Shown here in pieces: positions 54,838 to 64,000 of a DNA stretch of 64,000 nt. A program made the position numbers and the translations under genes. The DNA lies in contig OZ024747.1 in assembly GCA_964016885.1 (NCBI GenBank), forward strand, positions 33,108,001 to 33,172,000, given 5' to 3'. The notes beneath the pieces are model-generated. The model was not told the DNA's origin, ran no database searches, and worked only from the letters and a program-made list of their open reading frames with translations. How positions within the stretch are numbered: the stretch's first letter is position 1; every line of letters begins with the position of its first letter. This DNA comes from Eledone cirrhosa. Taxonomy: Eukaryota.

Positions 54838-55012
54838 AGTATTCAGTTTCGGTTTTAAGTTTTACCGGTTGCGCATTTCTAATGCTTTTCAAAAATAATT
54901 TTGAGATAGAGCGTCCGTGATGTTTGCTCTGATCAGATTAGAGCAAACAAATTATTTTTGAAAAGCATTAGAAATGCGCAACCGGTAAAACTTAAAACCG
55001 AAACTGAATACT
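54838..55012. repeat. Perfect 64-bp inverted repeat with an inner hairpin
   Basis: 54838-54901 is the exact reverse complement of 54949-55012; inner TGTTTGCTCT/AGAGCAAACA. Confidence 0.9.
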
Positions 55013-55747
55013 TGTGTGTTACACCTCTATTCTTTTAAATATATATATATATATATATATAAATGATAATTATTATTTTTTTAGAGAATGGCCTCAAATT
55101 TCACATAGCTTATGACCTCAACAGGTGAAAATCCAGTCGTTGTTTACAGCGTGTGTATGTGTACTCATTTAATTTTCATTTCTTTATGTATGTGTTGTGA
55201 TGTATGTTTTGCAAAAGTGTTTCATTCATATGTCTGAGTTTGATGAGTTGTGTTCCCATGTGAGTGTGTGTAGTTGTGTTGTTTGGCTGTGGAGCTTGAA
55301 TACATGTGTGTGTTTAAACGTTTTAGTGTAAGTATAGATTTATTTTCTAAATGTGTGTGTTTGTTGGTTTTAGTATGTGTATGTGTTTATTGCCTGTTGT
55401 GATATATGTGGTATTTTTTGTTTTTAAATGAATGTGTCAATGTGCTGGCCATTCTGTTTAATCATAAAGAAAGTTACAGAGAGAGCATTTCAGGCACCCA
55501 ATAAAATTGGTAGGAGTGCAGGAGAAAGAACCAGCTGTGTGAAAGTATTGATTTGGGGGTTTGGTCAGCAGGTGGTGAGGTATATATATATATATATATA
55601 TCATCATGATTGTTTAACCTTCAACTTCTACGCTAGCATGGGTTAGACGGTTTTGTTCCATTTCATGCAGGAATATCTTGCTCGTATTTGAATATCATAT
55701 CAGTGGTCATCATCATCACCATCATTATTAACAGCAAAAAAAAAGAG

Positions 55748-55938
55748 GGTGGTGAATTAACAGTATCATTACAGGATTGCCTTTGGCATCCCTTTCAATT
55801 CTGAGTTCAAATCACGATTAGCTTTGCTTTTCATCTTTACATCTTTACAGGGGTCGATAAAATAAAGCACCAGCAATGCACTTTCCCCTCCCTGAACAAT
55901 TGTTGGCCTTGTGCCTAAATCAGAAATTATTATTATTA
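55748..55938 (+). mobile_element. tRNA-derived SINE family 1 (diverged)
   Basis: gagttcaaatc, ggggtcgataaaataaagcaccag, ggccttgtgcctaaa. Confidence 0.75.
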
Positions 55939-56989
55939 CGAACAACAACAAAACTTGTGTTCATTCTCATCAAAAAAATTATTTTTGTTTTTTTTCTATT
56001 ATGGATTGGATGTCTCAGATGTAAAGTAAATTTCCTTCTCATTTGAGAGGTTCAGTTTTCCCATATTGAACCATACACATTCTTTAACATTCCTCACATG
56101 TTAGTTTAATTAATTAAAATTGCTGCTTGTCTTATGAAAAAATATAATTATTTAAATAATTGATTATGGTTAACCCTTTTGATATGAAAACACCTGAAAC
56201 CACACTTGTTTCCATCATAATTTTATGTATGAACCATTGTTAAATAATGTTACAAACACTATATTATGAGAAAGTTATATTACTAAATCTCTAAAAATTC
56301 TTGATTATTTTCAAAATTTATTGAAAATCATAGGCAGTGAGTTTTATTAAAAATATGGTAACAAAAAGGTTATGAAAATCTGGGAAAGGAATCCTGAAAT
56401 TTATATAAATAACCATTAATTAAGTATAAATATAACTGAGGAGTTGAACCTGCATATTTTACTCCTGACCTATGCCAAATCTTGTGAAAAGCCGTGTGAC
56501 AAGTCATAACTGCTTCCTTTTTCATATAATTAAGTTTTCGGGTATTTAGTTGGATTAAGAAGTTGTTCAGAATTTGTGTGATTCCTCCAGCCTTATGCAA
56601 TCTTCTAGTTTGGCCTAATGTGTAACATTGGTTTTGTGATAGCCTAGTAACCAAATAGTTAGTTCACATCCCGATATTGACATTGTAAACTATATGTGGC
56701 TAAGACAGTCTACTTGGTTGTATTAGATACTCCATCACATATTCATAGTGTTTCACTAGCTTGCAGTACTGATTTTAAGTCTACTTGTGGTTATAGCTTA
56801 AAGAAGATGGGATCTCCACCTAGCTGGCTTTCATGAGCTTACATTACATGAAGATAAAGTTTAAGAAGTCTCATTATAACCCAGTATGTCAGAACGTCAC
56901 CTGTAGTGAATTTTAACTGGTAGACCATAGGTATAGTATCCTGTTAGTTGAATGCCTAAAATATTTGGCCATTTTCATTTTGGTAAATA

Positions 56990-57173
56990 ATAATTGTTTC
57001 TACTTTTGGCACAAGGCCAGCAATTACCCAGTGTATTACTGGTACTTTATTTTATCGACCTCGTAAGGATGAAAGGCAAAGTTAACCTCGGCGGATTTGA
57101 ACTCAGAACGTAAAGGGCCATAACTATGCTGCAAAACATGGTGTCTGACGCTCTACCGATACTGCCAAACCAC
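56990..57173 (-). mobile_element. tRNA-derived SINE family 1
   Basis: Matches 33950-34134. Other partial copies: 3508-3570, 58324-58415, 58536-58675, 59050-59180, 59797-59915, 63976-64000. Confidence 0.88.
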
Positions 57174-57384
57174 TTGGTAAATATTAATAAAACATAATAA
57201 GTTATTAAAGGTTACTCAGTTTGCCAGAAATATCAATTAAGTACCCCTCAAACCACTCACTACTATTAAGAAAAGGAAGAACACATTGGATTAATGTAAA
57301 ACTAGATAAGCTATGTCTGAAATACCTTTGATAACAGGTTATGTTTGCTTCATGAAAGCTGACATGGAGTTAAGCCACAACAAC

Positions 57385-57620
57385 ACCAATGACAACAACG
57401 ATAATGAAGATGATGAGGAATAGGAGATAGAGGAGGACAACATTAGTGATGATGATGATGTTGGTGATGATGACGATGGTGCTGGTGACGATGACAACGA
57501 CGGTGGCGGTGATGGTGGTGATGATGATGATGTTGGTGATGATGACGATGGTGCTGGTGCTGGTGACAACGACGGTGGTGGTGATGGTGGTGATGATGAT
57601 GATGATGATGATGATAATGA
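57385..57620. repeat. (GAT/GGT)n compound trinucleotide repeat with internal duplication
   Basis: Direct observation. Confidence 0.9.
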
Positions 57621-58829
57621 AACACTATTTCTAATAACTGCCATGCAAGAAGCACTTTAAAACTGAAACTAAATTCTATTTGAAGAGATTCAAGTCAATG
57701 TCAGTTCAAGTAGTGAATATTGTCTGCAACTTCAGTTCACCAGAGACAAGCTAAGTTTTATAATTATTATTATTATTGTTTTGGTATTTTTGTTGCTTCT
57801 TTATCTTAGACTTAGTAAATGCCTTCAGTCAAATAAAAATTTGCAAGAATACACTGTTGCACCTGTTATGCATAAATAAAAGAGACAGTAAGAAATTCTT
57901 GCCTGGCAGTTCATATGTTAAATTCTTCGTTAATCTGGTCATTGCTTGCAATCTTTTCAGTTTAATATATATCTTACTTTCACTTCTTTCTTTTATTTTT
58001 TCCTCCTCCACTTCATCTTCCTCCTCTTATACCACCCTCTGTTTCTTTTCCTGTTCATTCTGCTTTTTCTTCTCTGTCTTCTTCCTCTTATTTCTCCATT
58101 GTCATCTCACTTTTCTCTTTATCCTTCTGACTTTATTTATTTTTATATTTTTCTTTCTACACTTTTCTAACATTTCCTTTTTGTCTTCTTCTTCTTCATC
58201 TTCTTTCTTTACTCCTCATTTTATTTGTACTGCTTTCTTATTTCTCCATCTCTTTCCTGTACCCTAGTCTTTCAATCTGAATAGATCAGTCATTCATATT
58301 ACTGACCATTAATTTATCTATGTAACTTTGCCTTTCATCCTTACGGGGTCGATACAATAAAGTACCAGTAATGCACTGGATAATTGATGGCCTTGTGCCA
58401 AAAGTAGAAACAATTAATTTATCTATGTATTGAAACATCTCTCTGATCTCTTTATATCTACACATTTGTCATCATCAACCTCACCAACATAGCTATCACC
58501 ATATCCATTTCTTTTCAGTTATTGGTTGTGAAAAAGGTGGCAATATGGCATAGTATTTGAATGTCAGATTGAATGCTATACTGTATTCATTCTGGCTCTC
58601 AGCAATCTCTGAGTTCAAATCCCATTGAGATCAACTTTGCCTTTCAAACTTTCGAGTCAATAAGAAAAGTACATGTGCTGGGGATGATTATTTCCCTATA
58701 TCTCTTTCTCACTTTCTTTCAACTATTTTCTCACTTTTTCTGAAAGAAATTGGCAGTGTTCTGTCCTTGAAAGGAGATGGGCTCAGCTAAGTTTAAAGAG
58801 CCCAAGATATGCCATATGTCATAACAATG

Positions 58830-59040
58830 TCCCTATGAATCCATCAGGAGTTATGGGTTTAAACATACACTGTGTATGAAAATCTGGCCCAACCTTCTGA
58901 ATTATATACAGGGCTTAGAAAAACTGAAGGATCATTACAATAAGTATGTGAATGGAGAGGGGGATATGCTGAATAAAATTAACTAAACCTCCGGTATTTT
59001 CTTTTACCCAAATCCAGGAACTTTTCAGCATCTCCCCGTA
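58830..59040 (+). mobile_element. mariner transposase 3' relic
   Basis: ..YIQGLEKLKDHYNKYV..GDMLNK resembles the mariner C-terminus (GIxKLxxRWxKC...GDY); ends in a TIR-like aacttttcagca...cccgTA. Confidence 0.5.
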
Positions 59041-62000
59041 GGTGACAAATGAGGCAGAGTTGTTAGGAATTAGGACAAAATAACTTGTGGTATTTGATCC
59101 AGCTGTCTGTATTCCATGGGAAATCCCACCAAGTCAACTTTGCCTTTCATCACTTCATAGTTTAAGAAAATAAAGAAACAGACTTGGGCTATGATGGAGT
59201 AGAACTTTTAGACTATTAGGAAATAAGCCTCCCAGTAATTGCTATGGCTTTTTGAGGTCTCATTTCTTGGGTGGTACATTTAATCCATCATCTAGTTTAA
59301 CACAATTAATTGCTCCTTTGGTGATTTTAGCAAAACTCTTCATGTTGCAAGTTTTAAGGCCAATTCATCACTTTAGGGTAACCTTATCTAGTTGGGGACC
59401 CACCCATTAAACGGGTGGGTCCCCACCCATAAAAAAACATATCTAATTAGGCTGGGACATGTTCTGGTTACTATGGCATTAAGTGACTCCTCCCTGGAGA
59501 GGTTGCTGGTCCATTGTAGGGTTAAACCTCCAGCTATGGCTGTTACTCATTGTTCATCTGAATATACTGGAGCAACGTGAAATGAAGTGTTTTACTCAAG
59601 AACACACAACCCAGGAATTGAACCTACAATATTATGATATGTACCTCTATCTCCAACCATCACTAAGCAGTAAAAATATTCTCCTTTTATCTCTAGTATA
59701 TCAGTAACTCCCAAGGTTCTAAAATTCAATCTCAACATTTCCTTGCATGTCATCATTTTGTCATGTGCTGATATAGCTACACTCTATCATCAGCTCATCT
59801 GAGTTCAAATCCTGCCGAGGTTAAATTTGCCTTTCATCCTTACGGGGTCGATAAAATAAAGTACCAGTAATGTACTGGATAATTGCTGGCCTTGTGCCTA
59901 AAATATAAACAATTATTTTTCAAGTAGTATGTTTCTCTTAATTATATTAAGTGGCCATACTATGGATTCAATCATGATTGCATACTTATTTCTATTATGG
60001 TGGAGATGGGGTTTTAGAGTCCACCCCTCATGGGTGTTTTTGCAGAACTTTTAAAAGGAAGAAGATTTGTCGCTGAAATTTGGTGACTTTTTATAAAATT
60101 TATCCTGTTAAATGCTCACGTAACTAATTTTCAAAACATTTACCCTGTTGCCAGAGAAATGGCACGAGTTGAACAAGGTGTATAAAATGGTAATATTTCT
60201 TTGAATTTATTTCTTTTTGTTTTGTTACAAAATTTTATTATACAGCATTTGTGACCAAACAACATTGCCAATCTAATGGATATTTTTTGAGTTGCTATCA
60301 TAACAACTTCATTTCCATGGCAACAATTTTTCATCCATTTTACAAAATGTTTGATATTGCAAAGTTGTTGCATTTAGTAACAAACATGGCAAAGAGAAGA
60401 TGTATGACAGTACCTATATGCAGTACCTACATACTGCACTTATATCCCAGCAAAGTTGCGTGCTCATAGCTTTAGTGGTTCTGCAAACATTTTAAATACT
60501 ATAAAAGTACTAAATTTTCAAACATCTGAGTACAACTAATGATGTCAGAAAAATGACATTAGCAACATTTTCGTACTGCAGAATTTTTAGGTTTCTTTCC
60601 ATTGAGCACTATCACCGGTAAGTGTCTTCTACAATTAATTCATGTTAAGTTTGGTAGATCAGTATTATATATGTATATATATAATATTACCCACTCTACT
60701 ACCTAAAGTATTGAGTACTCTGGTGCGTTAAGGTCTACCTGGTTCCTTACCACACTTTCTTCGTTAAATATATATATACACAGAGGTATCCACTGTAAGT
60801 TGTGGGGTCCATTCTGTATGAAGAACTCAATGTAATCCATATGTTGAAAATGTTGTAGGTTAAGATAAATCTCAGAAAACAAAAAACATTAAAAGGAAAA
60901 CAGTCATGATATAAGTTAAAACAATGAAATAAAAAATCAAGTCATTAGATATATACTTCACTGCTTTACGATCGTTTCTAGATGGTGATAATACATTGTA
61001 TCTATACTCAGTTATTGATCTATGTAAGTTTACAAACTATCAGATAGAGAGAATATTTACTTACATGCGTATCACCAGCTGTTTTCAAAAGTCTAATGAC
61101 TTGATTTTTTATTTCATTGTTTTAACTTACATATATATATATAGAGAGAGAGAGAGCAGGGAGGGGAGTTTGCAGTGCTGAGGCTGCAGAGATCACTAAT
61201 CATTACTCTATGCAGAGTGGGTATAAAGATATGTAAAATAATGTTCAGCAAGCCTTTTGGAAACAACTGTTCTGTAAACTTTTGCTAATTCAGTTTTGCT
61301 CTAACTACTATTAGTCTTAGTGATTTACATTATAAACACACCCAACACACTAAAGTGGCATCCAGCCATAAAAAATCTACCAAACACACTGTTGGGAAGA
61401 CTCTTCCGCTGTGTCAAAAATGTGGCACCTTCCTCAGTGTCATGATTAAATGATCTTTCTAAAGTGCAGGATCATATATAAGAGAATTGTGGGTTGCCAG
61501 CCACTCTAAGTTCTCAGTAGAAAGCAGGAATTTATGTAAGAAAGATGTAGGCCTTCAGCCCATCCATGGGATCAGTTCTTCTATTGGAGTACCAAGCAAG
61601 TCTGCTGAAGGTTTGTCCCACACTAACACTTGCTAGAAAGGAAAGCAGACATTCGGGGATTATAATGACGATACTATACTTTCTTGCAACCACATCCAGG
61701 TCTATTTATCTTAGAGTAGAGATCAGAAATAATTTAAAATCTTATATGTAGCCAAAGATAGTGTTACTATTTTTGTGATAACATCTTTGCCACAATCATT
61801 GTTTGCACTTACACATCTAATATATCTTAAATCATGATTTTCAGTCAGTCTGCCAGAAATTCTAATGCAGATTTTTTGCACTCAATGCTTGCATAGAATA
61901 GAGACAGAAATCTTATTGAAAATCTATATCAGATCAATTAATCAAAATGCACTTGAGAAATTCAAAAAGAGAAAGGAAACTTTACTTGCAGCAACTCACA

Positions 62001-62407
62001 CAAAATGATACAAATTAAAGCCCAATTTATTATAAACGGTTGCTGACAGTGTGAATAAAACAATGGAAATTTCTGCAGGATAAACATGCCAGAAGCATTG
62101 ATGTTTAAATGGAGCATAGAATTAAACCAATTGTAATTTTGTTGTACATCTAAACGAAATAATTTATTTCATTTTAAATAAAATCATTTTGGAGAAGGGA
62201 AAACATGAAATAAAAAAAAAAAATGTCTTGCATTACATTTGAATGAGGATATATGTATGCATACAAGCAATATAGATATTCATTATATTTTCATGTGGAT
62301 AAATACACACACATACACACACACACGTATATATATATATATATATATTATATACATATTTCAGAGGTACTGAGCTATTTTCAACATATCTCTGTATATA
62401 TATATAC

Positions 62408-62635
62408 CGCTGGGTAAAGAAATTCCAAGAAATCCCAGTAGAAGGAAGACACAGTAGAGGTAGACCAAGAAAAACATGGGTGGAGGTGGTGAGAGCAGAC
62501 CTCAGATCGCTGAAACTCACCGAGGAGATGATGAAGGAGCGTGACAAATGGAGTGATGCTGTGTTGAATAGGACCTGTCCAACCCTTGCAAGCAGGGATA
62601 AGCAGACGTAAAATGATGATGATGATGATGATGAT
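62408..62635 (+). mobile_element. RTE LINE 3' end (a different subfamily)
   Basis: VEGRHSRGRPRKTWVEVVRADL, (GAT)n tail; followed tail-to-tail by another RTE 3' UTR at ~62650-62940 (-). Confidence 0.85.
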
Positions 62636-63248
62636 CTCACTCTATGATAATCATCATCATCACCGTTTAATGTCCATTTTCCACACAAGCATGGGTTAGA
62701 TGGTTTGTCCTATTTGAAGCAAGTCGAGGTCAGATGACCATGTCTTGCTGATACAAAACCAATTTTGGCTTGGTTTCTATGACTGGATGTCCTTCCTAAT
62801 GCCAGCCACATCTACAGTGCGTACTAGGTGCTTTTTGTTGACACCTACATGACCAATTTACATTGTGGATTGCATGCTTTTGTTGTGATACCTATTCGAC
62901 CACTTTACAGTGTGGAGTTGGTGCTTTTTGTCATGTCGCCATATGATGATGATGATGTTCGTATACATTTTATAAGCGGACTTTGTATGTGTGTGTATAC
63001 ACAAATGAACTGAAAGAAATGTCAAAGAACAGTAAAATGTTTTGATAAACCTTCTGGTCACTGTGACCTTTACAACCAGAACACATTTATAAACTTGTAT
63101 ATATCACATATACAGACATACATACAAAGTTGTAGATGGACATATGTACGTATATATATATATATATATATATCCAGCAAACTTCAACCGTTAAGGTTGT
63201 CTTTTTTCCGGGTATGTCAATATTTATTTATTTATAAAACAAATCTGT

Positions 63249-63312
63249 ATTTTATCTGATGAAAGCGCACCATAATTTGCCTTGGTTGCCCTCGAAATAT
63301 ATATTATAAAAT
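63249..63312 (+). ncRNA. Type I hammerhead ribozyme in a TA-flanked pLTR-like unit (63172-63450)
   Basis: ATTTTAT CTGATGA aAGcGCACCA...TGGtTGCcCTc GAA ATATATAT T^ATAAAAT; 7-bp stem I, palindromic stem III. Confidence 0.8.
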
Positions 63313-63479
63313 AAATATGGTTTTATAAATATAGTTTCCATTTATTAATATATTGAATATTTACTCCACTAATCAGTTGAGTGCTTTATATCAGTTATAA
63401 CATTTTTAAGCTTGTTGAATCCTAACAAATTAAATATAACCTCTGCATATATATATATATCCAGTGAGTGAAACGAGAA

Positions 63480-63700
63480 GCTACAGTAGGTTCACCCAGG
63501 TGAGCACTCAATGTTTAGGTTCACGTCTGTAGCCAGGTGTAGAACTAAACAGTGTAAATATGATAATACAAGGATGATTTGTTAAGCCTTCATTACGTAT
63601 ATTGATTGTTGATGCGTGTTTCGCTATTGATCTGATCAAGATTCGATCTTTATTGATCTGGCTCGACTCTGGAATCAAAAGCTTGTCGGACCTCTGCTGT
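63480..63700 (-). mobile_element. pLTR-like unit, sister of 34305-34522, with a decayed A8-type HHR motif
   Basis: Minus strand: ggt CCGACAA GC...GC GAAAC acgc ATC aacaatcaat, then a tail matching 34392-34522. Confidence 0.6.
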
Positions 63701-64000
63701 GGTAATGACAGAATGAACATATAAAACATAGAAATGTCTGTAATGTTTCACATTCATATGGTGGTCAGTTTATGTTGTTTTGATTGGTAGTTTAGCTATG
63801 AGGACTGGTTTGGCATGCGTGATAGGTGGAGGCGGAGATGCTGTGTGTGGTGTGGGTGTGGAAGGGCTGTGTGTGATGGGACATGAAAGAATGTGGTGTT
63901 GTACTAGGGGTAGGGGGTCTCTACTGGTCATCAGTTTGTCACGGAAGAGTGAGTGGAAAGGAAGAAGGCGAGACATAATTGTTTCTACTTTTAACACAAG

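Noticed and set aside
55090-55135. Hammerhead-like CTGTTGA...GAAA on the minus strand
   Set aside because: The core is mutated and I found no stem I or III pairing.
57339-58267. Ser/Pro-, His- and Phe-rich ORFs
   Set aside because: They derive from trinucleotide and pyrimidine-rich low-complexity DNA.

Overview
AT-rich, repeat-saturated eukaryotic (animal) non-genic DNA. The repeat mix (RTE LINEs with (GAT)n tails, two tRNA-derived SINE families, long (TA)n/(CA)n arrays, many Penelope-like elements) suggests an octopus or other coleoid cephalopod genome, but this is inference. I found no intact host protein-coding gene, and most ORF-track entries are microsatellite artefacts. The real coding signal is decayed retroelement sequence: RTE LINEs (APE endonuclease + RT) and at least three kinds of Penelope-like element (PLE; RT + C-terminal GIY-YIG), mostly inserted in (TA)n. 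The most notable hidden structure, read by eye, is a dense set of type I hammerhead ribozyme (HHR) motifs: about 20 intact or decayed copies in roughly a dozen unrelated pseudo-LTR (pLTR)-like units. These include minimal HHRs with a palindromic stem III, forms with a long stem II, and U3-A8 core variants. Several are followed by GT-AG introns, and two inverted tails start at the predicted self-cleavage site. Coordinates of decayed repeats are approximate, and no folding or database search was run.
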